From Octopus sinensis (taxonomy: Eukaryota), in assembly GCF_006345805.1 (NCBI RefSeq), contig NC_043001.1, forward strand, positions 105,400,001 through 105,464,000: a stretch of 64,000 nt of DNA. Reading direction: 5' to 3'. Positions within the stretch are counted from its first letter, which is position 1, and every line of letters starts with the position of its first letter. Both the position numbers and the translations under genes were made by a program. The notes below the pieces were generated by a model that ran no database searches, had not been told where the DNA came from, and saw only the letters and a list, made by a program, of their open reading frames with translations. Positions 38,441 through 49,768 of the stretch are shown piece after piece.

Positions 38441-41011
38441 AGCGAGCTTGCTACCTGCAGCTTTATCTTATATTGAAATAGCGAGCTGTTTCGGTTTACG
38501 TTAATTATGCAAATGTTGTTTTAGTAGTATTGCCTCGGATTGTAAGACAATGCTTTTGGTGCTTTGTTTCACTCTGGTAGTTATTATGCTATATCGTGGC
38601 ATCTGAATGTATTAGTATATAGTTTTTGAGATGTTGTATATTTTGAACATCATGTTCCAAATATTTGTGTTTGTCTTTCTTTTACTTCAATTAATTTTGA
38701 AACAAATTGGCAGTTGTCATTCAAGCCAATTGTAGAAAATATTACAGAATATGCAAAATAGTTTTGCTGGATACAGATTAACATGTTTCAGTTGTTGTAG
38801 AACATTCATATGAGTGATTTTCAGATGAAGTGCTCTTCTATAAATTATGGCTTTTCACGAAGAAATTTATTTTATTTTGTTGATATAGCCGGCTGATGTG
38901 ATACAAAATAACACAGATGTTATGATGTTCCACAACCATTCCTTTTCCCATATAAATACCAGTAAAACTGATTTGTGTACTATTATGCGTGGTCTCTTTA
39001 TATAAATAAAAAAATTTGGAATCCATTTTAATAGGGAACAACTTCAAGTTCTTCGACGACAGCATTCTATAATTTTCCTTTTAATTCAATCTTGTGATTG
39101 TTAATTTTGCTGATTATAATGTTAAACGATTGTCTTTGTAAGAACCGAAGCATCTGCATTCTATTCAGCGAGAAATGTGTTGTTTTCCTGAATCAGGTTT
39201 TTAAAAAAAAATATTTAATAAAAATCTCAGCGAAATACAATTTCACGTGTATAAATAAACAAGAATAATTTTTAGTTTTTCATCCTTACTGTCGTTTATT
39301 TATATTTCCTAACTGTAATCCTCAACTAGAATTGGGTTTCATACTTAAATCCGTTGACATTTGCTCACGCCTGTCTTTGATTTTGAAAATGAATACTAAA
39401 AGAAAGTGAAATGAAAATAGTTTGTTTATTATCACGTAACCATTTCCGGCTTTGGATTAATTAAATTTCTCGCAAATGGAAATTCGTTGTTTTACGGAAG
39501 CAAATTTTAAAAATATACGTGATATCCATGTAGACATACAATAAAGATGAACACGATATTTTGTATTCATTTAACAATCACAGCAGCAAAAAATAAATAA
39601 ATAAATACAGGAATTATTTTAAATTATTATTCAAACGATATTGTAAATCAATAAAAAAATTATTTGAGCAGAAATATTGAAACTTATTGAATAATTTTTT
39701 TTCTGCCCCCACAAGTGCAGCAGCTGAGAATACAAACGTAGTATTTTGCATGGATTGTTTTCTAACACAATATGTAACAGAATGGCAATTAAAAGAATTT
39801 GAATTATTCATCGATTTTTACATAGTTTTCTTTGAAAATTACGTTGTGATGAAACACGACGTAATAATGGAGGTTTTTAGAAAAAATCGATTGGAAATTG
39901 CACCAAAATGAATAGAAACGGTGTGTATGACGTTTGTGTATTGTTACATCATTTTCCGGTCACCTCCCAATGTTTATCTAAATTTACACTTTGCAATGGC
40001 AATAGAATATACTGGCCCATTGATTTACTTTCCTGAAATCTTCTGTGGTACGTCTGGAACATTATATTCTTTTCAGAAATGAAAGTAATAATCTTAGAAT
40101 TTCATGATAAAAGTTTTTTTTATTACAATTCAACATTGTCCGTTTGTTTTTAGTCCCTGGATATCGATTCGAATTATAATGCCGACATATGTTCGCACCA
40201 AGACATTTCTAAATGAACTATGAAAGGCATATAAAATAGTTTAAAATATATCATGTTTACTTTTATGAAATAGACAAGAATTTGATTCTACATCAGAATT
40301 TTCTTCTCCATCAGAATTTGGATTTATTCCTTCTATTTATAAGACGATCAGTTTGGAATTAAGGAAGTATAAATATGTTAAAATACGACAGTGTATTAAA
40401 ATTTCCATTTGTTTGATGGCATCGTAAATTGTGTGGAAATGAAATATCCATGTAATTCGAGTGAGATTTCTCTACTATTTTCATCTCATTAATATGTTTG
40501 GAGACGAACCAGGATTGAATATTTGGACAGAATTCTTGAATCCAATAGCAGAGCCACTGTCGTCTTATCGGAGGTTGTAATTTCGGCGCCACGAAGATCT
40601 TCGGCTTTTTCTCTCCAATGGTTTTTAAATCTCATAATTTTCACTCCATTATTTATAGCTTAAATAGTTCAAGATCAAGTAGAAATTCCTAATCTTATAT
40701 TTAATTAGGAACACACAGTTTATAATAAATATAATGGAGTGATAATTACTATATATTCAGTCACAAAATAAACACACCTCTTACATACTAGGTACATTTC
40801 GCTCCGTTAATCATAACATTACAAAACGACCGTTATTCTAACGATTATACATAGCATCCGAATCTCCTTTAAATTAATTATGGCTTAACATCATATATGA
40901 GCGAAAAGTTCCATAGCACGTCGTATTTCCTTATCACCTAAAAGAGGATAAGTACACTCTTCGATTTCATTTAGGCATGATGGATAAACACCAAAAACAT
41001 TCAGACATATA

Positions 41012-41090
<79 letters not shown>

Positions 41091-41104
41091 TATATATATA
41101 TAGC

Positions 41105-41365
41105 TACGTGTTGTGTTCTTGAGCAAGACACTTTATTTCACGTTGCTCCAGTACACTCAGCTGTAGAAATGAGTTGCGACGTCACAGGTGCCAAGCTGTA
41201 TCGGCCCTTGAGTTTCCCTTGGACAATATCGGTGACGTGGAGAGGGGAGGCCGGTATGCATGGGCGACTGCTGGTCTTCCATAAAGCAACCTTGCCCAGA
41301 CTTGTACCCCAGAGGGTAACTCTCTAGGTGCAAACCCATGGTCAGCGTCTGACCGAAGGTGGTCA
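41105..41365 (+). mobile_element. Family C SINE, 5'-truncated
   Basis: Body matches 17140-17390. Confidence 0.88.
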
Positions 41366-41367
41366 CC

Positions 41368-41478
41368 ATAGTTGAAATTTACAGAAAAACAAGACGAGGA
41401 CAGGCGTATAAGCAACAAGCAGGTGTAATAGTTTGACGCTCGGGAAGGTGAGAAGTTATATTACGTTTCGAGCCTATA
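41368..41478 (-). mobile_element. Partial PLE pseudo-LTR with the 3' half of a hammerhead
   Basis: Minus-strand taggctcgaaacgtaa..cccgagcgtcaaacta parallels 23860-23980. Confidence 0.6.
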
Positions 41479-41494
41479 TTCATATATATAACAG

Positions 41495-41780
41495 AGAAAA
41501 ATATAGGTTCAAGTAGAACAATTCAAACATGTTTGAGGAGTCCAAAATGAGAGAAAATAATTTCTAATAAAAATTCATCATACTTAGAAATATGCTTCGA
41601 GAGCAAGCAATAAGAATATGAAAATAACAATTGAAAAAATTTGTTATAGTTATAAAGATATCATAAACAATTATAAAAATGGAGAAAAAGATGTTGAAAA
41701 ATCAAAATTAGATTTAATAAGCACATACGAACGTTTCATAGGGCAAAAGAAATATGTCAGAATAAACGATAATTATAATT
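41495..41780 (+). mobile_element. Possible decayed PLE GIY-YIG endonuclease fragment
   Basis: IG.SSRTIQT.FEE...KLDLISTYERF..IND resembles YIGxT.R.L..R..EH...E..I...N. Frameshifted. Confidence 0.35.
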
Positions 41781-41989
41781 AAAACAATAATTAAAGTGAT
41801 GTATTGTCATTCTCGTCAGTGTGAAGAGTTTAAGGGAAAAACATCCAAGAAAGTTATGATTAAAAATGGAAGTTATGACTAAAAATCAAGAAGGAAAAAC
41901 AAATGGTGTAATAGAGAAAGTGAAACCGGATGTTTACAAATAAGTTGTAAAAGAGAAAAAAATTAAGAGAAACGAAAAGGAGGGACATG

Positions 41990-42243
41990 TCAATGTCTAT
42001 CAAGTGAGGTGGTAGGTGAGGGGAAACGAAAGACGGGTGACGGCGGGGAGAGCAGACGCACAGTCCACAGAACGTGCTCTGGCAAGGACGGTGTGGACAG
42101 AGGTGAGGGGTTATCCACCTAGGATGAAGTGGCGAGCTATCAGTTGAGTCTGAGTCTCAAAGTCATGGTTGTCACTACAGAGCCTGCGTAGACGGAGAAT
42201 TGGGAATGGGGGATGGAGAACTTGGTGTGTTTAGAGTGGGAGC
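41990..42243 (-). mobile_element. PLE (Neptune-like) RT thumb fragment
   Basis: Minus: SHSKHTKFSIP.SQF.RLRRLCSDNHDFETQ..HF..GG.P..PLTYH matches the PLE motif HPxHxKxSIPxSQFLRLRRxCS..RGYP. Confidence 0.75.
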
Positions 42244-42244
42244 T

Positions 42245-42620
42245 ATTTGAGAGACGATAAGAAAATGGAGATAAGAAGTTAATGATTGCTTTTTATTAAC
42301 AAATTGGTCATCTTCGATTCTTACAGGCGTTTCAATCGATATTCAATAATTTAATGATAAGTTTGCACATAAAATTTACATTAATGTGACATAAGTATAA
42401 ATGAAAATGAATTGACAGATCCACATATGACATCCGAAGGTATATCTATTTTTCTCTGATGAAATTATACTCATGTCACATAAATGTAAATTTAATATAC
42501 AAATTTGTAATTAAATTTCCGAATATAAATTGAAATGGCCGTCGGAGTTGGAGATGATTAATTTGTTAATAATAAACAATTATTAACTTCATTATCTTTA
42601 TTTCTTTTCTTCTTTCAAAT
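42245..42620. repeat. Older, diverged fold-back element with a hammerhead-like core in the right arm
   Basis: gaagttaatgattg..ttattaacaaatt..aaatttacattaatgtgacataagtataa versus ttatactcatgtcacataaatgtaaattt..aatttgttaataa..caattattaacttc. CTGATGA at 42456-42462, GAAA at 42532-42535, GTC at 42541-42543. Confidence 0.8.
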
Positions 42621-42747
42621 GGATATATACTATATGCTTAATATATACCTATTGCTGTAAGGAAGTTCCTCAAAAATACTCGGTATTGAGCCACTATATC
42701 GTTGGACGCACCCATCCCATCACGAGGTTAACATATCCTCTAATTAA

Positions 42748-42781
<34 letters not shown>

Positions 42782-42782
<1 letters not shown>

Positions 42783-43640
42783 TAGCATTAAAGACCCGTC
42801 GTTGCCGGTTCATAGTGCTAGTGCATGTATATATGTGTATATATATGTGTACATATTACATGTACATCTATATATATATACATCTATACATAAAATGCAA
42901 AATACAAAGTTATATCTTGATATCACTAGAGATAACAATACTCAAAATATATAACAGACTGGAATTGTTAGCTCTTCTTTTTTCTCTACATTGTATACTT
43001 TATAGACGATAGTCTTTTCTTTAATTTAATTTTTTATTATCCATCTGAACTATTCCATTTCTGCACGCTAATTTTATTTTTAATTTATTCCCATTCATGT
43101 GAAACCACTTATTCAAGTTCAAATCATTGATGCAATTTTATACCAATTGCTATTTTTAATTTTGTACGTTACGATTATATTATACTTTAGTTTGATTTTA
43201 ATTATTACTTACTACTTATAATTCAATTGTTATTATTATTTTTATTGTTAAAGTGAAAGCATCTGACATAAAATAGAGAAATATTTTTGTTTCACTTTTA
43301 ACACGTAAAACTGAAATAGTGGAGAAGATATGATATTGCTATGGGCTCGCTCAATGCAAGACCTTGAACATTATTTTGCCCATTAAACTACATGGACCCT
43401 AAGTAAGGCATGTGTAAAATTTGAATGAAATTGTTTGTATAGTTCTCATGTTTTAGGGAATTGTAGAGGAGAAGATATGATATTGCTGTGGGCTCGCCCT
43501 AGGCAAAAATAAAAATTTGCCGATGACACTCCCCGGACCCTAAGTAAAGCATGTGTAAAATTTCAATGAAATTAGTTGTGTAGTTCTCAAGTTTTAGGGA
43601 AACAGACAGACGGGGACACATTCTCAGTTTTATATATATA
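42782..43640 (-). mobile_element. Non-autonomous Helitron
   Basis: Minus 5' end tatatataaaactgagaatgtg..gtctgtctgtt. 3' hairpin gaaccggcaacgacgggtc followed by CTAG|T. Internal diverged tandem pair of about 147 bp (43320-43610). No TIR or TSD. Confidence 0.8.
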
Positions 43641-43686
43641 AATATATATATATATAATAGAAATAGGCAGCGTTACTGGAAATCAA

Positions 43687-43985
43687 TAGTTATCGCCATA
43701 CTTATATGGCAGGCTTATAAATATAAGACTAAAGCTGTCGCTGATTAGCTCCAGGAGGCCACCGCATCAAGCTAGCTATTTGACACACAACCTGCGTCCA
43801 TTATAAACATGTCTGCAGCTGTCTGACTGGCAGGATGAAGAGGCTGACCTCCCCTGTTCGAAGGTTTATAATGGACGCAGGTTGTGTGTCAAATAGCTAG
43901 CTTGAGGCGGTGGCCTCTTGGAGCTAATCAGCGACAGCTTTAGTCTTATATTTATAAGACTGCCATATAAGTATGGCGATAACTA
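43687..43985. repeat. Fold-back: 122-bp arms (43687-43808 and 43864-43985), 3 mismatches seen, 55-bp spacer
   Basis: tagttatcgccatacttatatggcag..tccattataaac versus gtttataatgga..ctgccatataagtatggcgataacta. Confidence 0.96.
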
Positions 43986-43986
43986 T

Positions 43987-44032
<46 letters not shown>

Positions 44033-44033
<1 letters not shown>

Positions 44034-44892
44034 TAGCATTAAAGACCCGTCGTTGCCGGTTCATAGTGCTAGTGCATGTATATATGTGTATATATATGTG
44101 TACATATTACATGTACATCTATATATATATACATCTATACATAAAATGCAAAATACAAAGTTATATCTTGATATCACTAGAGATAACAATACTCAAAATA
44201 TATAACAGACTGGAATTGTTAGCTCTTCTTTTTTCTCTACATTGTATACTTTATAGACGATAGTCTTTTCTTTAATTTAATTTTTTATTATCCATCTGAA
44301 CTATTCCATTTCTGCACGCTAATTTTATTTTTAATTTATTCCCATTCATGTGAAACCACTTATTCAAGTTCAAATCATTGATGCAATTTTATACCAATTG
44401 CTATTTTTAATTTTGTACGTTACGATTATATTATACTTTAGTTTGATTTTAATTATTACTTACTACTTATAATTCAATTGTTATTATTATTTTTATTGTT
44501 AAAGTGAAAGCATCTGACATAAAATAGAGAAATATTTTTGTTTCACTTTTAACACGTAAAACTGAAATAGTGGAGAAGATATGATATTGCTATGGGCTCG
44601 CTCAATGCAAGACGTTGAACATTATTTTGCCCATTAAACTACATGGACCCTAAGTAAGGCATGTGTAAAATTTGAATGAAATTGTTTGTATAGTTCTCAT
44701 GTTTTAGGGAATTGTAGAGGAGAAGATATGATATTGTTGTGGGCTCGCCCTAGGCAAAAATAAAAATTTGCCGATGACACTCCCCGGACCCTAAGTAAAG
44801 CATGTGTAAAATTTCAATGAAATTAGTTGTGTAGTTCTCAAGTTTTAGGGAAACAGACAGACGGGGACACATTCTCAGTTTTATATATATAA
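44033..44892 (-). mobile_element. Non-autonomous Helitron, duplicate copy
   Basis: Near-identical to 42782-43640. Confidence 0.8.
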
Positions 44893-44935
44893 ATATATAT
44901 ATATAATAGAAATAGGCAGCGTTACTGGAAATCAA

Positions 44936-45227
44936 TAGTTATCGCCATACTTATATGGCAGGCTTATAATATAAGACTAAAGCTGTCGCTGATTAGCTCC
45001 AGGAGGCCACCGCATCAAGCTAGCTATTTGACACACAACCTGCGTCCATTATAAACATGTCTGCAGCTGTCTGACTGGCAGGATGAAGAGGCTGACCTCC
45101 CCTGTTCGAAGGTTTATAATAGACGCAGGTTGTGTGTCAAATAGCTAGCTTGAGGCGGTGGCCTCTTGGAGCTAATCAGCGACAGCTTTAGTCTTATATT
45201 TATAAGACTGCCATATAAGTATGGCGA

Positions 45228-45233
<6 letters not shown>
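44936..45233. repeat. Fold-back, duplicate copy
   Basis: Near-identical to 43687-43985. Confidence 0.95.
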
Positions 45234-45286
<53 letters not shown>

Positions 45287-47033
45287 GTTAGTTAGTTAGT
45301 TAGTTAGTTAATTTGGCTCAAAAGCAAATAGCAAGGCCATGTAGAGGGACATGGAGTTAAGTACAGGGTGGTGTTCATGTAAAGAGTTCAGGCCACTTGA
45401 TGTCAAGGGAGGCTTTGAACAAAGCGGTCGTCGGCATCTTCACCATCTCGTCTGGCAGCTTGTTCCACGGATCCGCAACCCGGACGGAGAAAGCTCCTCT
45501 CCTTCGATTGAGATGAAATCGTCGCAGGTAGAGCTTTTCGGAATGACCCCGCAGCCGACGCTCTGGAGCAGGAGTGAAGAACAGCTCTTTCGAGAGGTTA
45601 CACTTTCCGCTTATGATGTTGTGGGCGAGAATGAGATCACCACGGCGGCGGCGTTTTTCAAGAGAATAAAGGTCGAGCGTCCTCAGCCTTTCTTCGTAGG
45701 ACAAATTTTTGAGACCATGAACCATGCGGGTAGCCAGCTTCTGGACTCTTTCGAGATGCTGTATGTCTTTGAGGAGATAAGGAGAAGAGGCTTGAATCCC
45801 ATACTCCAATATGGGTCTCACCAGCGTGACATAGAGTGGTAGGAATATGGCTGCTGTGAGCATTCCGAATGACCGTCGAATCAAGAACAGAATTCCGCGT
45901 GCTTTGTTGGCAGCATGGACGCACTGGGCCGAAGGCGAAAAGGAGGAATCCACCAAGATACCTATGTCCTTTACCTGATCGGTCCTCTCCAGCAGCAGAC
46001 GACCCGGCTCGAAATCAAGTTGAGTTGCAGGAGTAGAGCCGACAGGCAGATGACAGCACTTTGACACGTTCAGACACAGGTCCCAATTGTTAGACCACTT
46101 CCAAATTTGGTGGAGGCATCGACGAAGATCCTCTATATTACCGCGAGGAGCGACCAGTTTGATATCGTCGGTAAATAGAAGGGTGTGTTGCGTGAGGTCG
46201 TCGGGCAAGTCATTTATGAAGACTAAGAACAACAAGGGCCCAAGCACTGAACCTTGAGGCACGCCACTGCTCGCACTGGAGACGTCGGACCGCGAACCAT
46301 TAACTTGGACTTGGAAGGAGCGATCTGAGAGGAAGGCACCAACCCATCGTACAATATCCGGATGGAAACTATATGCTTGAAGCTTGACAAGCAATAGGCG
46401 GTGGTTTACCGAGTCAAAAGCTTTGGCAAAGTCCAGTAAAACGATGTCAACAGCATCACTATCATCGAGGATGCGCGTCACCAATTCTTCCATTACTAGT
46501 AGGTTGGTCAAGCATGATCTCTTCGGCACGAAGCCGTGTTGGGAATCAGAGATAGAGGCTGTGTTTAGGAGGTGGAGCATCATACTTTTCTTAAGGATGG
46601 TTTCGAACATCTTGCTGATAATTGATGTAAGGGAAACCGGTCGGTAGTTAAGCGGGTCTTCGCGGCTCCCTTTCTCGAAAATTGGGCAGATTATCGCTGT
46701 TCTCCAGTCTGCAGGTATAACACCCGTCGCCAATGACATATTGAATAGTCGTGTTAAGGGCTCGCAGATGACCGGAGCCAACGCTTTGATAACCCGTGGG
46801 TGTATGCCGTCAGGGCCGTGACCTTTGTTGACATCGAGGCCTTGAATAACACGTTTGACTTTGTCCCGCGTGATGACCAATCGAAGCATTGGAGGTACCG
46901 ATCTATCAAATGGAGGGGGTTCACGACCATCATCTTGTTTGAAAATAGTTGAAAAAGCCTCGGCAAATAATTGACTTTGTTGATAAGGGCCCTCAATCGA
47001 TACGCCTGTTGAGTCTACCAACGTTGCAATCTG
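45287..47033 (-). mobile_element. 5'-truncated CR1/L2-group LINE with a (TAAC)6 3' tail, inserted in (TA)n
   Basis: Uninterrupted RT frame, short 3'UTR, (GTTA)6 on the plus strand at 45287-45310, and a possible TSD GTATAT at 45281-45286 and 47034-47039. Confidence 0.93.
45375..47033 (-). CDS. Non-LTR reverse transcriptase (ORF2 C-terminal ~550 aa; no endonuclease domain and no native start)
   Basis: KGHGPDGI, NYRPVSLTS, QHGF, LDFAKAFDSVNH, GVPQGSVLGPLLF, FTDD, LNVSKC, RPILEY, RGH and WNKLP..FKASLD. Confidence 0.92.
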   Translation of the reverse strand, partial: QIATLVDSTGVSIEGPYQQSQLFAEAFSTIFKQDDGREPPPFDRSVPPMLRLVITRDKVKRVIQGLDVNKGHGPDGIHPRVIKALAPVICEPLTRLFNMSLATGVIPADWRTAIICPIFEKGSREDPLNYRPVSLTSIISKMFETILKKSMMLHLLNTASISDSQHGFVPKRSCLTNLLVMEELVTRILDDSDAVDIVLLDFAKAFDSVNHRLLLVKLQAYSFHPDIVRWVGAFLSDRSFQVQVNGSRSDVSSASSGVPQGSVLGPLLFLVFINDLPDDLTQHTLLFTDDIKLVAPRGNIEDLRRCLHQIWKWSNNWDLCLNVSKCCHLPVGSTPATQLDFEPGRLLLERTDQVKDIGILVDSSFSPSAQCVHAANKARGILFLIRRSFGMLTAAIFLPLYVTLVRPILEYGIQASSPYLLKDIQHLERVQKLATRMVHGLKNLSYEERLRTLDLYSLEKRRRRGDLILAHNIISGKCNLSKELFFTPAPERRLRGHSEKLYLRRFHLNRRRGAFSVRVADPWNKLPDEMVKMPTTALFKASLDIKWPELFT

Positions 47034-47046
47034 GTATATATATATA

Positions 47047-47939
47047 CAGGGTGCGGCGAATAAATTATCACCTAACTTTCGCGCAAACATGAAGATAACA
47101 TTCACATCTCCCATTTTATGCTATATATTTACCAAAATTATATAGAAGTATCTTGAAATACAAAAGAGTAATTATACTCAATAAAATCGCAATTGGCTTC
47201 AAATATGGCCGCCAGACGACGTCGGAATCTCTTGCAACTCCTTTGGAAGGTCTCTTTGTTACTTATTTGAATGCTGCCATAATTCTTGCCTTCAGTTCAT
47301 CTTTGGTGTTACAAGGAGTTTTGCTGGTCTCTCGCCCAACTGCGACTCACACGTAATAATCATGGGGGTCGCAGTCTGGGATGTTAGGTGGTCAGGTTGT
47401 AGTGTTGATGTGGTCGCATAAATTGCCTGACAGTCATGACTGGATCCTCCTGCATGTGTGGCATGGTGTAGAGTCCTGTTGCGAGACATGGGGTGTTCCA
47501 GTAGCCACCCACTTGACTCGGGGCAGCACAACCTCCTCCAGGCACTTGATATAGGACTCCGTGTTGAGTCTAAGGCCGTGTAGGAAGACGAATGAAGGCG
47601 TAACGTTGCTATCAGTAGTGATCACTCCAAATAGATTGATGTTGACTGGATATTTGATTTTTATCTTTCCCGGTACATGTTTTGGGGTCACGGCAAGCCA
47701 GCGGTTGCTCTGTGTGTTCACCATCTGCTCGTATTGAAGCTTCCGGTGCGAATGCCAATCAATACAGCATGTCGTTTCCAAATTTCTGGCAAAGTTAATT
47801 GCGTCATGTTGCTGTTTTTCTCACAGACAGTGCTTAACGGACCCTACTATATTGTGTAGTCGACAAAATAAAAATAATAACAATGCACATGTGCGAAATT
47901 AATGATATAAAATGTCAACAAGGTACCCATCGCACCCTG
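47047..47939 (-). mobile_element. Decayed Tc1/mariner-superfamily DNA transposon
   Basis: Ends are TA|cagggtgcg and cgcaccctg. Minus-strand remnants GLRLNTESYIKCLEEVVLP, QQDSTPCHT and PPNIPDCDP.DYYV match DDD/E motifs. Confidence 0.85.
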
Positions 47940-48392
47940 AATGTATGCATTCGCTGAGGGAGGTCTTCGGGTGTGAAAGACTAATTGTAGGTTATATTGT
48001 AAAACTTTTTTCTATTAATGTATGGCAAAAATGAATTTTTTAAGTAAGCATAAAAATTAGCTGGGTTTAACAAATTTGAAATTGGATCAAATTTTGAAAA
48101 GTATAAAATTTCTGATGCCATCAGAAAAGCTCCATATCTTCTGCCAGTAATTGTTCCCCATTATATGTAATGTGATTATGTATCGGTTTTCCGCTAAATT
48201 ATCCAATAGACATTAATTCACTGTGAAATATATCCGATAGACTTTCTGCTAACATGACTTTTTAGAAATGGCCTCTTACAACACGTATCTAGGGACAGAG
48301 AATTTTATGAAGGGTGGGGATACGAAACCGTAAAAAACTTATTATAAACATACGGACATGCGTTGATATACGTCATTTGTTGTAAGATAATG

Positions 48393-48590
48393 AGCAGCTA
48401 GACACGTTAGCACACCGCCTAAAATACTTAGCGACATTTGAACCTTCATGGCGTTCCGAGTTCAAATTTCGCCGAGGCCGACTTTGCCTTTCATCACTTT
48501 TGGAGTTGGTAAGTATCACCTAAATAATGCGGAATGGAGGACAATGAAGTCGATTAATCTCAACATATCCTTCGAAATTTTCAGGTTTCA
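48393..48590 (+). mobile_element. Family A SINE, decayed
   Basis: gagttcaaatttcgccgaggccgactttgcctttcatc. Confidence 0.8.
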
Positions 48591-49282
48591 TGCTTATAAT
48601 AGTAAATGATTATTTTCGTTTTCACACTTTCTGTATAACAAGAGTAAATGACATTCTGAAACGGAATATTGATCGTGTTTCGGGAGTAGAAAGCTACTGG
48701 AATGAACAGTATTGCTGAATATAAGCTCCATGTATAACCGATGTTTTAATCTTATTAATTGCATTGTGCAGCGAATACCATAAAAATTCAATTCTTAACT
48801 TCAATTGTTAAAGCGGGTAAATCAAAAAGAAAAACCAACGAACAAATCCCGTAGCTCATTATATACTTAGGAGAATTGTTCTCAAGAATATGGAAAGAAT
48901 GCTGGAAACTGTTTCTTTTCACACAGAAATTATGAAGATACATGTTGCACTTTTAGCATTATGGAGAATTATTTACACTTATATTGAACAGAAACTCGCA
49001 GGAACGCGCTGATACATACGAACACAAATACACACATACATGTATACATTTCTGTATACATACATGTATACACACACAGATATTATTCAGAATGTGTTTA
49101 TAATATGTGTATATATATATATATATATATAAATATGTATGTATTATGTATGTGTGTGTGTTTGTGTCTGTAAGTGTGCGTGTATAAGTGTGTGTGTATA
49201 CAAGAATACTCACATGACATATATATCTCTTGGCATATATGTATAGGAATAATTTAATATGATATAATATAATATATTATAT

Positions 49283-49322
<40 letters not shown>

Positions 49323-49730
49323 TATAAACATATATATATATATATATACGTACATATATAATTATATATTGAATGAATAAACGTCTTGAGGTGAAAATTG
49401 AATTGAAAGTTGTGTGTCATATGACGATACGTATTAATTCAAAATGCGTAGAAAAACAGTCACCGTTTTTAAGAGACAATTTACTTTGGAATAACTTGAT
49501 ATAGAAATTTATTTCCTTTATTATCATTTTATTAGTGAAATAATATTAATATGTGAACATTGTTATAGATACATACTTTCCATATATATATACATATATA
49601 CAAAAACACAGATATGCAGACACATACACAATCAAACACACATATATATTGACAGGTACATATAAAAATGCACACACATACACACACACATACACACACA
49701 CACACGCACACACACACACGCACACACACT

Positions 49731-49768
<38 letters not shown>

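Larger units (their letters stand above)
42781..45233. repeat. Tandem duplication of a ~1.2-kb unit (42781-43985 and 44032-45233), period about 1250
   Basis: Only about 4 differences seen. Each unit is a Helitron plus a fold-back, bounded by (TA)n. Confidence 0.97.

Noticed and set aside
39900-40970. Faint PLE-like RT/GIY-YIG remnants on the minus strand
   Set aside because: Too degenerate to support without a profile search.
45287-45310. (GTTA)n as a telomere-like repeat
   Set aside because: It is a 4-bp unit directly after the LINE 3'UTR, so it is the element's tail and not TTAGGG/TTAGG.
45351-46996. Overlapping and antisense ORFs within the LINE
   Set aside because: These are shadow frames of a GC-richer coding sequence.
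47034-47114. N-terminus of the 579-aa ORF (MGDVNV...CIYIY)
   Set aside because: It is chance read-through from the adjacent Tc1/mariner end and TA tract into the truncated LINE, not a native start.
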